Source of the DNA: Tubiluchus corallicola
Taxonomy: Eukaryota; Animalia; Priapulida
Reading direction: 5' to 3'
Assembly (NCBI GenBank): GCA_030141605.1
Contig: JAQGDQ010000367.1
Location: forward strand, 1 to 64,000
Length of the DNA: 64,000 nucleotides
Both the position numbers and the translations under genes were made by a program. Of this stretch, positions 1 through 12,793 are shown in pieces; position 1 is the stretch's first letter, and each line of letters opens with the position of its first letter. The notes under the pieces are model-generated. The model was not told where the DNA came from and did not search any database. It was given only the letters and a program-made list of their open reading frames with translations.

Positions 1-34
1 AGCACATTTTTTTCTGAGCCACCTGATATTCCAC

Positions 35-72
<38 letters not shown>

Positions 73-1218
73 TTTCTGTGTAGATTTTCTAACTAGCAGG
101 TAGGTAGGAAAGAAGGTTGGTCTCCACCATTTCTTTAAGATCTCTACCAGTGCAATGACTCATCTCGATTGAGCTATTTTTATAAGTTTGTGACTCTGAG
201 ATTCAGCATTCAAAGCAGGATATGCTTATGTGGTAGATGTATGTGGCAGGATCTGAAGCCTGTCGCATTACCAAGGGCAATTCTCTAAGGCGAAAGCAGC
301 AGTAGTCCAGGTTTATCAACTTGCCTCACTGGGATAAATAACTGAGCACAAAATGGTATATTTTCCAGGGGGCAGTGTTCCAGGTGCTTCAACCATCCTT
401 TTATCAATTTGGCTCAGGATTCCTTAACTTCGGTCGCTAAGCACACGCCATGACCATTCAGCTACTGGCTTACAAACTGTCCGTGTTATTACTCTATTTA
501 CACTCATCCCCCATTTTATAAAACCCTAATAATTTTTTGCACTGCTTTGTCAGAAAATAGACGGCGCAATTAGTATAAAAACCCGAACAAATAATATCGT
601 AATAATATAGTATAGTATCACCTACAAGCACATTACTTATAACAACAGGATAGAATTAGCCCGTAACTCAACATATACAGTTACAGTTCACCATACATTT
701 TTTTAATATTTACAAAAATCAACAACAAAAAACAACAACATCCGTCTTATTAACAACACTCATGTGGTTAAAAACTGTTGGAAAGTTTTGTCTTTCTATA
801 AAAGCCAAAATGGACCAAAATCTAAAATTATAGCAATCCGTAAAATAAACCAATAAATAAACAGTGTTAATTACTTACTAGTACACACACTCAGTACACG
901 TCTTATGAACATTGGTAACCTCTTAATAATGGTGCACTAATTTTCTCTTAGGTGCATATGATCCTAAGTTTATTTTTGTTTCACTATGACTTACATCTTA
1001 TTCCACATTTCATCATTAAACAGTATCACAAGCACATTTCTAAGGCTGTTACAACATAAAATTTTTTTAAAAACATTATTTGTAATGATGTTTTCGATCT
1101 GTGTAATGATGCAAATAAAAAAATATGCAACTGAATGTATTCTTGTGGCATGACAGCCAATCATAGCACTGCAAGTTTTTTCAATAAAGCCTGTTTTCTC
1201 ATCAGTGCGCCTAGACAG
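1..1218. repeat. Left arm of a long inverted repeat (may extend beyond the window start)
   Basis: 1-1218 is the reverse complement of 1667-2893. The register is exact (pos+pos=2894) from 1 to ~1010, with scattered substitutions and indels in ~1010-1190. Confidence 0.97.
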
Positions 1219-1536
1219 AACGAGAACCAATTTAATGCAATAGACGATATGTGGAAAGCAAAACTCGAAGCACAGACTGGATCAGTAGAAATACTACCTC
1301 CAGAATCTGATGAGGACCAGGAGCTTAAACCTGGTGGCCAAAAAGTAGCACTAAAAAGTTCAAGCCTGCCAAAAGACATTAATCAGATGTGGAAAGATAA
1401 AATTGAAAGGTGCGAGAATGATAGCAGGATAGAAGTTTTGGATTCTGTCTTAGAGGAGAATTTAGACAAAAATAAGTCTAACAGAAATCAAAAACGATTG
1501 AAACACTTCAAATCACCAGATTGTAAAGTGTCATAG
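1206..1536 (+). CDS. Probable terminal coding exon of an unidentified gene lying mostly upstream of the window
   Basis: Acceptor ctgttttctcatcag ends at 1205. The frame is open for ~110 codons, with protein-like acidic/basic composition and an internal repeat (IDDMWKAKLE..VEIL / INQMWKDKIE..IEVL), ending in TAG. No family recognised. Confidence 0.55.
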
Positions 1537-1666
1537 CATTTTAGACACTGTTTGATAAAGTACTTAGTGTTTAGGTTATTTTAACGGAGGTATTTTAATA
1601 ATATTATTAGAAATGGTACAGTATAATTTTGGCTGATGTTATATAAATCTTTTTTATTAAATTTTG

Positions 1667-2821
1667 CTGTCTAGGCGCACTGATGAGAAAACAGGCTTCT
1701 TATTGAAAAACTTGCAGTGCTATGATTGGCTGTCATGCCACAAGAATACATTCAGTTGCATATTTTTTTATTTGCATCATTACAATAGATCGAAAACATC
1801 ATTACAAATAATGTTTTTGAGAAAATTTTGTCGTTTTTGTAATAGCCTTAGCAATGTGGCTTGTGATACTGTTTAATGATGTGAAATGTGGAATAAGATG
1901 TAAGTCATAGTGAAACAAAAATAAACTTAGGATCATATGCACCTAAGAGAAAATTAGTGCACCATTATTAAGAGGTTACCAATGTTCATAAGACGTGTAC
2001 TGAGTGTGTGTACTAGTAAGTAATTAACACTGTTTATTTATTGGTTTATTTTACGGATTGCTATAATTTTAGATTTTGGTCCATTTTGGCTTTTATAGAA
2101 AGACAAAACTTTCCAACAGTTTTTAACCACATGAGTGTTGTTAATAAGACGGATGTTGTTGTTTTTTGTTGTTGATTTTTGTAAATATTAAAAAAATGTA
2201 TGGTGAACTGTAACTGTATATGTTGAGTTACGGGCTAATTCTATCCTGTTGTTATAAGTAATGTGCTTGTAGGTGATACTATACTATATTATTACGATAT
2301 TATTTGTTCGGGTTTTTATACTAATTGCGCCGTCTATTTTCTGACAAAGCAGTGCAAAAAATTATTAGGGTTTTATAAAATGGGGGATGAGTGTAAATAG
2401 AGTAATAACACGGACAGTTTGTAAGCCAGTAGCTGAATGGTCATGGCGTGTGCTTAGCGACCGAAGTTAAGGAATCCTGAGCCAAATTGATAAAAGGATG
2501 GTTGAAGCACCTGGAACACTGCCCCCTGGAAAATATACCATTTTGTGCTCAGTTATTTATCCCAGTGAGGCAAGTTGATAAACCTGGACTACTGCTGCTT
2601 TCGCCTTAGAGAATTGCCCTTGGTAATGCGACAGGCTTCAGATCCTGCCACATACATCTACCACATAAGCATATCCTGCTTTGAATGCTGAATCTCAGAG
2701 TCACAAACTTATAAAAATAGCTCAATCGAGATGAGTCATTGCACTGGTAGAGATCTTAAAGAAATGGTGGAGACCAACCTTCTTTCCTACCTACCTGCTA
2801 GTTAGAAAATCTACACAGAAA

Positions 2822-2859
<38 letters not shown>

Positions 2860-2893
2860 GTGGAATATCAGGTGGCTCAGAAAAAAATGTGCT
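1667..2893. repeat. Right arm of the long inverted repeat
   Basis: Begins ctgtctaggcgcactgatgag (reverse complement of 1198-1218) and runs to aaaaaaatgtgct (reverse complement of 1-13). Confidence 0.97.
2421..2858 (+). mobile_element. SINE-like element with tRNA-box/5S-rRNA-like head and (AAT)n tail (mirror copy at ~36-473, minus strand)
   Basis: tagctgaatgg (A-box-like) is followed by accgaagttaag...ggatggttga...cctggaacac, resembling the 5S internal control region. The element ends in (AAT)11. Related heads occur at ~33995 and ~41107. Confidence 0.55.
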
Positions 2894-3489
2894 GAAGTTT
2901 AGACTACAATAATATTAGTAGTAAGTGCCCTATAAAGTTGAAACTTCGCAACATAACATTGTACGACGTTAGTTTTAGCTGCGAAAGTTATAGATTTATA
3001 ATTTTGGTGGCTTTTAACTTATAGCTAAAAAAACTTTTGTATATTAAATAATTAAATGCCGGAACAATGTCAGCCATAATGATCAGCTGAGTCGCCTTGA
3101 CGTATAAAGCACCCAATACATTACAGCAAAACAATAAAGAAATCAACCAGTTTACATCAACCAGAAAATAAAACACTGATAATGACATGCTGCCAAGAAA
3201 AAATGAGAGTTACTCCTCTGGATTACGGTTTCTGGAATTGCCTTCAAAAGGTGTACACTAGTCGTTTGATGTAAAGCAACTAAAGGCAAAATTGTTGAGT
3301 GCTGAGACAAAATACCCCTTATGGAAGTAAGAAACTGTTAGTTTTTGGAAGGATCGCCTTCGTCTAGTTTGCAGCGTGGAGATTGATGAACACATACCTT
3401 CATTTGCTGTAAATTTCAAAAATAGAGACAATTTATTTTCAGGGATTTTGTTTGACTTGTTGATTTTAAACTGTATTTTTGAAAGAATC

Positions 3490-3968
3490 TAAAGAAATGG
3501 CCTAAAATTTTTAATGTTTGTTAATATCTCACGATTTGGCTATCGAAAAAGGTCGTTGGCAACATAAACCTTGAGAAGATAGATTATGTGAGTTTTGTAA
3601 ACGTGTGCTACTAATTGAAGATGAAAAACATTTCATTTTGAATTGCAAAAGAACGGTACTAGCACGTAAATTATGTAATGCTGAGAACTGTAACTTTCGA
3701 GACTTAATCGATAATTTTGGTGATATATACAAATACATCGAATGTTTGCTTTGTACTCGGGTGTAGTCTTAAACATAAACTAGCAGTGCGGTTTATAATA
3801 TAGGTAAATAGTTCATAATTACATTCATAATTTGTAAAAAACACTATTGGGTGCAGATTTCACGCGGTATATGTTTCGAAATTGTAAAAAATGCTCCAAA
3901 TGTATTTCTTTGAATGTAAAAATTATGTAATATTTAAACTGGTTGTTATGAAATTTGGAGAATAAACA
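3490..3968 (+). mobile_element. Degenerate 3' end of a non-LTR retrotransposon (ORF2 C-terminal CCHC knuckle)
   Basis: 3528-3650 translates SHDLAIEKGRWQHKP*EDRLCEFCKRVLLIEDEKHFILNC (L.IE.GR...R.C..C...EDE.HF...C motif, in-frame stop). AATAAA at 3961 is directly followed by a (TAC)n tail. Confidence 0.8.
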
Positions 3969-3969
3969 T

Positions 3970-4039
<70 letters not shown>

Positions 4040-4074
4040 GCTCCTGCTGCTGCTACTACTGCTACTGCTGCTAC

Positions 4075-4107
<33 letters not shown>
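3970..4107. repeat. (TAC)n/(TGC)n microsatellite, tail of the LINE remnant
   Basis: Direct reading. Confidence 0.95.
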
Positions 4108-4593
4108 TATGCAAGCGTCTGTAACAACAGTCAGGCAGCTTTCAAGAGATTCCGTTGTTTTCTTGGAATCGTGATCAAAACTTGTTTCCGGGGAGTTGGT
4201 GAGCGAAGCCAGAAAATATGAAATGAATCAACATGTAGAATACAGCGAGGGTTGCAGTGATTCGCTTTTTAAAAATAAAAACGAAAAATTCTGTACGTTT
4301 TCGAGGCTTATTTCAGACTCCGCTAGGTCAAGCAGCTGTTCAAGGAGATGAGAGATATAATGAATCGCCAAAAATATTATGTTTGTGAGAAAATCAATTC
4401 GGAATAGGAAGTGTGAAGTATAATGACTTCTTACAGACTTAGAATTGCATAAAAACGTCGTATTCAACGCTGTAATGCTCAACATTTATTTAATGTTAGT
4501 TCGTAAATAATGACATACAAGAGGCTGAAAACAGAACAAATAAACATTATTATTATAAAATATATTTATTAGGTTAGTCACGTGATCGAATTT

Positions 4594-5030
4594 CATAAAA
4601 CACAATAAAACCCACATACATAAAGCTAAAAAAATTCGTCTAAAAACTTGAAAAATTAAAACTCCCGCAAAGCGCAGCCATTTAAACGGCAAGGCGCTTG
4701 AAACAAGTTAACAGGTTTAGATAACATTGTGTAAAGTTTGAAAAAATTATAATCGGAGCATTCGTAGCTAACACTTCACAAACAAAGTAAAAGTTTAAAT
4801 TACTTTCTGCTGCCAATAAGAACAAAAATGCGTTTTGGTGACTCAGTGGTGCACACTGGGAAGGTGAGTCAGTGACATTTTACCATTTGGTGTGGACATT
4901 TTAAATTACTTAGAATTTTTTTCTAGTGATATGAAGCTTTCAAGCAGGTAAGCGTAATGGTAAATAATATAACTTCGTGTGGAAAGTTTTTTGGGACATA
5001 TTTTAAAATTACTTTTCATCGCCTTTAAGA
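4594..5030 (-). mobile_element. Diverged partial copy of the ~680-bp Kolobok-like non-autonomous element
   Basis: Shares blocks with 20673-21358 (aaactcccgc, gagcattcgtagc, ggtgcac.ctggga.ggtgagtcag). Confidence 0.8.
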
Positions 5031-5607
5031 TTTAAATCAGATGAACTATTATTTTATATAAAAAGTAGTTAGAACAGAAGCCTTTTGTGTAACTGCTATT
5101 CAGTTTCTATTTTTTGTACTTTTTTAGTTATAGGACCCCATCAAGGAAATCATTAGTGCCTTTGGTTTCTCTCATTTTTCCATGAAATGTTTGGCAAAAG
5201 TGGGAACAGAACAGAAACTTTGTTCTCAGGAGAGTTTTGTTGAGCCAAGACAGTGGACAGTTGACCATAAGACCATAAACATACGTGCTACGCAAAATAA
5301 GCCAGAAATAAAAACAACAAAGTTTCAAGTAAGCTTAGTTCTACTGATATGACAATATATTTTACAAACTGTAGATTAAGCAGCTTATGACCAATAATAG
5401 ACCTCCACAAAATGTGCCAAAAAGCCTACACTATCATATAAGTTAACTTATAAAATAGCAACAAACAGCAAAGCACAGAAAAAGCAGTTCAGTGTTCAGT
5501 GGAGGCAATGGATGCACCTAAATCTTTTAAACAAGTACTTGCGTCTGGATTTTAATATTGTTAAACTATAACACAGTGATGCAAATCTATAACACAGTGA
5601 TGCAGTT

Positions 5608-5979
5608 TCAAGTAAGCTTAGATCTAGACAGCGAGTGGAAGCGCAGACATTGTGAACAAACTAAAATTCCACCAAAACGGAAAAGTTGTTCAACATCTTC
5701 TGTGTCGCCGCAATTAGAGCAATGTGGCGCACCAGACGCATGTTGATTTGCCAGCTTGGCAAGTCCTCTGTTCTGGACTTTTGTCGCTTCTGTCAGCTTC
5801 TCGATTTTGGTTCCAAACATGTCAGTTGCCGGATATCTATCCGCAAAACTCGGATTACAGTTATACTTGTGGATCGGTCTGTGGTCGAGTTGACATTCCT
5901 TGGTACAGTACCATGTCCAGTTGCAACCACTGCATATTCTTAAGCTTTCCTCGTTGCCACAGTTTGCACACTGCTTCAT
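5608..5979 (-). CDS. Small MYND-type zinc-finger protein (123 aa) with a second CxxC..CxxC finger
   Basis: CANC-x9-CSGC-x5-CTKECQLDHRPIHKYNC is a canonical MYND pattern. Start context is gccATG, with acceptor ttctccag at 5991-5998 just upstream. Confidence 0.88.
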   Translation of the reverse strand: MKQCANCGNEESLRICSGCNWTWYCTKECQLDHRPIHKYNCNPSFADRYPATDMFGTKIEKLTEATKVQNRGLAKLANQHASGAPHCSNCGDTEDVEQLFRFGGILVCSQCLRFHSLSRSKLT

Positions 5980-7066
5980 GGCTCCCTCTTCTGGAGAAAT
6001 AGATAATATTATTAATAAATGTCGAACAAGTTTTTATTAGTTTATACTTATAGCCTACTGCATAATCTAAACTAGTTCAATTTATTCGAGTAATGTCGTC
6101 CATACTAATTTTATGATCTTTAGTGTTGCGCAAACATTTAAGGCACGTTTTTCTCGTGTTAAACATACAGAGTACAAGTCCTTACCTAACGAGAAATCCA
6201 AAATACAATTTAAGTTTTACCCAAAAAATTGGTGTAACATTTGTATTGGATGTGAGTATTTCTACAAGAAAAAATATTTGGTAAATCCCAGATAAGGTCC
6301 ATAACACTAACTGTGGTTTCTAGTAGCAGAGCATGCCAACTTAACTCCAGTCTTGAGGCAAAATCCGAAAATACGATTATTAGATAACGTTAAAACAACT
6401 GATACCCATTTCTGATACTTTGCTACAAAAATCGTGCTCATACGTTTATTTAACAAAGCCAGCAAACCGTGAATGCAGATGGGTGCTTATAATGTCCACG
6501 GAAGACTGCTTTGTCATGGCGATTTGAAATTAAGACCATTTGCCGACTCGGCGACTGTTTGTTACATTAATTAGGTTGCTTAAACGTCGTAAAGTAACCA
6601 GTACAGTGCTGGCACTTATAAATGGTTAGTTTAACATCTAAACTGTTAAACTTGGAACCATTTATTGTGACTGAGCTAAAAATATCAATAGTTGTCCACA
6701 TACAAAGCATTTTATTACTAACAGCCATCATTTCTTAATTTTCGCTAATTGTAATCACACCATGTTCTACAGCCAGGCAGTTGAATCCAAGATGCATGGT
6801 GCCTCGCCCCGGTTAAAACATTATGACGCAAAGTTCATTTTACAAACTTATGAGTAACAATTAAATCCAAACTTGGGCGACTAAATCCCACTAAATAATC
6901 TGTCAACTCATTTTAAATCATTTTACTTCACTATTAAACATCAGAAAATTTATGGGGGAACATTAATTATAAATGCACGCTGTGATAAAACTGCTTGCAA
7001 AAAGGTGCAATCGTATTATAAGCCATGATCGTTTGCTATAATAAATCAATAATTAATTACACTTAC

Positions 7067-7115
7067 CAAATTCTAACAGAGCTCAGGTAACGAAGGAAAA
7101 TGGCGGTGTCACATG
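7067..7115 (-). promoter_or_regulatory. Probable non-coding first exon of the MYND gene, with a YY1-type CCGCCATTTT motif
   Basis: Donor ttg|gtaagt at 7066 (minus) can splice to the acceptor at 5991. CCGCCATTTT lies at 7097-7106. An in-frame stop in this exon makes ATG 5979 the start. The 5' boundary is approximate. Confidence 0.55.
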
Positions 7116-9099
7116 ACGACAAGTAAGTGCTGAGAAACTTCCTCCTTGAACTTAATGTGTCACATGAAATTTTCTCGCCTGAAAACATTTACCAGGTCCT
7201 AGACTAGACAGAGGACATTTGTAATGGACTGACATTCTATATCTTCAGGCCATTGGAAGAGGCATCTCAACAATGTATACTGGACACAAAATAAGAAAGA
7301 AGAAAATAAATAAGAAAATGCATCAGCCATATAAGAATTATGCAATTAGTGCTGAACGCTTATGTGTTAATTAAAGTTCTAACTCGATTAGTTGTAAGTC
7401 CTTTCTTATTCATAGCCTGCCGCTTGAAACTACAATGTAGGTGTTTAAAGCACTTTCTCAAGCGCTAGCATCGTTTATTATAATTAGAAAGCAGGTGAAA
7501 AAATATTACACGGTTACTGGGGCAACTTCAACCTTTAGGGTATGATGTCAATTTCATGAATATGTGCCACATCTGGGAGTTAAACTATTGCCAAAGTTCG
7601 ACAAAGAAATTAGCACGTCCGTATCTGGGCCAGCGAGAACTTTACAGTTTTATGACTTGTAATAATTCGGACGTAAATAAGATGTTGAACATTGTCAACA
7701 ATCATTGACAAGATTTATTTGATCCTTTACGTAAGCATGGCTGTCCGGGAAACACTGTCATTTGAAATAGCTTTGGCAAACCCACGTGACATTGTAGACT
7801 AGCACAAAATCCATTCTTTTGATTTTACAATCTGAAATAAGAATGTATGTGCACGCAGGGCACGTTTCCTTTCGGGAACTATATTGCAAGTATAAAACTG
7901 CTTGTAGCGGTATCAATAAATGTAACTAGTCGTATTACAATTGCCGAAAGTGAGAAAAGAAAAAAGAAATGATATTTAACGAATAAATTCACAATACGTC
8001 TTCATAAAAGGCCAATAAAATCAAATTTAGACGCGTAAAAATAAAACAGTTTCCAGAAACTAAAATGCTGACGGAAGGCTGAAGTCTTTTCCAGGAATAC
8101 AGTAGAGTAGACGTATGCATGTGGAAGCTCGTGTAAATATGATTAATCAGTGGTTACGTGTGACAAGCGTGCATCCCGAAATGATAGTTTTTTTTGTTTT
8201 TCCTTTTCCACAGGAAACAGTTTAACTGAAACTGTTATTATAGCGCAGTCAAGGTCATAAGGGCAACCTGGGCAACAGTAGTCTTGTTTTAGAGCAGCAA
8301 CAAATGAAATTATAAACACCTGAGGAAATATCGATACACAAACCTTCGTTTTTTAATGTACGTGCTCTTAGTTAAATAGCGTTTCCTTAACTTCTATAGC
8401 TTAGGTAAGTTAAAAACTTTTCTTTAAAATAACAAATATGTGAAGACGTTATCTAACATAATCGCAAAAACATTTCATGGAAAAATTGCCAATTAAGCAA
8501 AATAACAATTTAGTGTAATGAAAAAAAAGTTTTTGGAAAACTGCACACTTCACTATGCTTTGTTTAGCGTTAATTTACCCCGAGTATGACTCGAATGGGT
8601 TGAGCTTAAAACTGGAGCAGAAGTTTTTGATCTAAATTATACTCGGAAATGGTGCAGAGCACATGCGTGCGTTTTGATGAACCGGTCTGCTATGCAATGC
8701 GCCGGTAAAGGATTAATGGATTAAACTGTTTGCGTTTTAGTTATCATTGAACTTTCGCGAATTTTGTCTCAACTTTTTGATACATAGTTCGCTGCACAGG
8801 TGTTATTTCTGCTTGAAAATTAAATTTGTGAATTTCTGAAGGTCAACGCTAATAGTTTAAGTGTTTTCGATTTTCCGTGGCTTCGCAACACTGTTTTGTC
8901 GTTAACATCCAACAAAAAGACGCGTAATTTTTGACTTTCTTCTGCAAATGTTTGAGCATTTTAAAATTTGCAGGATGTACGTGCGATACGGATAAAAATA
9001 CTACACAACCATGGAGATGTTTGTATGATTATGTGCCGCTCGATTTTGTAAATACAGAACCAAAGTTGAATATTGTAACTTGGAATCGTGCAAGAGCCG

Positions 9100-9348
9100 A
9101 TGGATGTCAGTCCAAAGGGAATTCCCAACTGCCGGAACCGGAAGTGGCGTCTATCGCCAGCGTTGCAGCGATGTGGCTTCTTGCTGTTTATTTGTTTTCT
9201 GACGAAGCCAGTTCATTGTATACCTGTTACTTTCTACACGTTGCCGCCTAGTTATTATGACAATGAAGTTGTCGAGCAGTCAATAGTAAGTGACAAAACG
9301 GATACCGTTCATTTGTTTACCCTCAGTAAATTGTATGAAAATGCTAAG
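9100..9348 (+). CDS. Matrix metalloproteinase (M10A) exon 1: signal/anchor and start of prodomain
   Basis: MDVSPKG...GFLLFICFLTKPVHC hydrophobic segment. Donor AAG|gttagt is phase 0 and joins exon 2. An alternative phase-0 donor ATA|gtaagt lies near 9285. Confidence 0.7.
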
Positions 9349-12300
9349 GTTAGTAACTCGCATACGCACACGCAGGCGCACACACCATACGAACAGAGGC
9401 TATCTTTAATATGTACCTAGTTATAGCATGAAGCTGAAATTAGCCATCGGTCAGTGTGAGTTTGCCATCCCTCAAAAATCCCTAAATATGAATAAACATT
9501 TACTTTAAGAAATACAGGGACGGGTTAAGGGTTTCCCTGGTCTAAGGCTATCAAACAAATATAGGGCTTAAACGTTTAGGCTATGCGGAACTCTTCATCC
9601 AGTTGTGTTCTACTTCCGATCCTGAAATTTATTCACACGGGAAAATTTGAGCACAAAACTGCATCTATTTGGTTAAATATTAGCTTAAAAATGAGGCATG
9701 AGACTTATGCAGACTTAGTCACATTACCACCAAACTTCCAAACTTCTCAGAAACTATTAAAGATGTTATAGAGCTCTTCTTCCATTTTTGTATAGACTTA
9801 TCCAATGCTTATGTCTTTACTCGTGATCAATGGGAATGATTTTGTTTGTTCATGGATTTTCGCCTGGGTTTCGCGACCTCCTGTTCATCATTGATGTTAC
9901 TTCTGATGATGAAACATTGAGCAACGGGAAATATGTTCCAGACGTCTAAATGTCCTACTCTTACAAGTGTCAAATTTATGTGTCTAAGTGGCGTATATGT
10001 CCAAATATATGGGTTCAATGTGGTTCTTTTTTGTCTACAATATAGGTTCAATCGCTCAAGTGCTTACTGGCAGTACACAAAAAAGAAAAATAGCTACCCT
10101 TGTTTGTCACGTGTTCAGTATAAACAATTTTGTTATGTTGTTTACTAAAATAGCATTATTTCTGTTTAAATGGTCGTCGGTCACAGGATTTGCATCAAAA
10201 TTTAGGGCCTAAGGCCTTCCCTGAAGACATGTTTTACTAACAGCTTTCTAATCCTATCATTGAGTTATAGAACCAAACCGTCTCACTGAGCTTAAGATTC
10301 GAGGGCTATTGGCTTATGATGAATAATGAATAATGAGTTTAAAGATGTACTTCAAAAAAACTAGATTTAGAATTTAAATAGAAATGAATTTATTGGCCAG
10401 TTTTACATCATTTAGTTCGCTTTACGTAAATATTTAAAACGCAATATTAGAATTATTGATATGTAAAAGTTTGCAAATTCTTTATTCAAAATAACAGAGA
10501 CTCTTGGTCTAGCTACTTATATCTTGTGGTCAACAGTTGAACACATGCGTCCGTTAAATTTACTTAAATAGACCTACGACATCACGTGTATGAAATGCAT
10601 TTGAAAAGTTTTCAAATGTAGGTATATATCTCTGTGTATGAACCTATTTTAGTTGCTAAAATGGTATGACTGTAAGAGGCAGGCCTTACTATCTGCCTTA
10701 AAATACACTTACGGTATCGAAATACACTTTTACGGTGGGGGTGAGTTTCTATGAGTAATTCACCCGTTTTATCGAAGACAAATAAACTGAAAACAAACTA
10801 GTTATTTGATCTTGTTCACCTTCATAAATCAATGTTTTGTCAATTATTCTAGAACTAAATTCGCTAGTTTGCATTTGCATTAAAGTAATGAAAGCATCAT
10901 TAAGGCAATGAAAATATCTGCGTTTCTTATGTAATGTTAACTCTTTCAACTATAGCTAACATCCATCCATTTCAAATACCAACGACGAAAACCAGTTACA
11001 ATGATTTCGTCTACAAACATTGACATCGGGCAAACGGTAAACGCGTGACCATAATAATAGAAAATCCCAGACAAGATAACAAATTACACAGCTTGAAAAA
11101 TAAGAGTTGTTATCGTTTAATGGGATCATTTTGTCAAGAATTTATTTCCAAATAGGTTAATAACCGCAAGTATTTCAAAGTAAATATCCCAAGAGTTACA
11201 AAGTTTTACGTTCTATCGTTTTTTTGGATGTTCTGTTTGAATTTCATGGGGAATAATGACGTGTGGAATCTGGAATAATATTCCATGGGATGTGAGATTA
11301 TCAAAATCTGTATCAACCTTTAAATCAAAATATAAAAAGTTTATTTTAAACCTTTATATATAACTAGATAACTCTAAAATAAGAGCTTTCGTCACAACAG
11401 CGTAATGTTTCATTGGAACAAACAGTAGCTTTTAATCTTAGACTAGTAGTGTACAAAACTATTAACGACTAAGAACTAAAAAATACGTTTCATAAAATTA
11501 TTATAAAAATACTTATGGGTGGCCTGCCATAAACCACGGCTTCTTAGGTCTCCCTACATTATCTTTTTTAATAACAGTGATTATTTCCACATAATAATTT
11601 TTTTATTTTACTGTTTCTATATTGTATTTTAAATGGTGCGTCAATTAATGTGATTATGATATGTGTTAAATCAATAAATTATTTTAAATTTGAATTTCAG
11701 TGTATCATTGAACGGCGAAAAAAGTGAAAACTAACACGTTTAATGCAAAACGGTTGACCGCCTGTACCCGGTGACCTGTCAAAAATGAAACGTTTAATTA
11801 CCCTGTAGTTTATCTAACAACGGGCTTACAAAAGCGTTTTCATGGTCCACAAGCTTTAACGCAAATTGGTAATAAATTAATGAGAATAGCCACAAATTGC
11901 CAAACAGTTCAAACAATTATACCTTTAAGAGAGGGTTGGCTGACTGTTCTTTATGATCACCAAGCCAGCTGACACCTCGTTAGTAAAAGCTGTACGTTGA
12001 CTTTTTGTAGGATACGCAACCCCACAGGAAAACTGTCAGCAGTGACATTTCTCGAGCTAGCTAATCCGAACAGAGGAAACTGTTTTGTTTAAACTTATCA
12101 ACTTTACTGAACAAAACTCTTGTGTTCACCCAACCAGATACTTAACCAAAGTCAGACGAAGTTTAACTTTAGGAAAGTTACTGCGACAAAGCCACTAGGA
12201 TAGTATCTAGAAAAGAGAATATCTACGTGAGCTGCAGCAGTCTCTCATCCATTTACTGGCCGAGCTAGCTTTATTTGGATCGCTAGGCACATAACGTGAC

Positions 12301-12793
12301 CATTCAACTATTATCTCTTTACCAAATGATGCAAGGTTTGAAAAGGCAAAGCGGGAAACCTACAATGTGAGCTGCACAGATAACTGATTTTTAACATTTC
12401 TAGCTGTTTTACGGCTCTAAAACAGGTGACATTTTAGGTTTTCTTCAATGTCACACGTAAATAGGAAAGCCTTGCGTAATCATGGTAGCATTGAGCCATA
12501 CAGTTTGCACATCCTGAACATATGAACCAAAACAACAATCTCCCCCCTTGGTGATATTTTAACTCGATTGCAACTAATAAGTGCCACAATTGGTTTTAGT
12601 CTGAAGACATTTAACTCATATAATCAGTAACACTGAGTATGTGTTCAACTACCCCACCGCCACTGTCACCGTCACCACCATCACCACTACCCCGCCGTGA
12701 AATGCATTTCATTCGATTAAGAAGTGCATGTGATATAAAACATTTCACAAAAATCTTCCTGCTAATAGTTATTATCCTGTATGTATTTTCCAG

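Noticed and set aside
2460-2520. Functional 5S rRNA gene
   Set aside because: Only the internal part resembles 5S, it is heavily diverged, and it is embedded in a longer repeat with a microsatellite tail.
5686-6002. Plus-strand ORFs overlapping the MYND gene
   Set aside because: Antisense shadows of the real minus-strand CDS.
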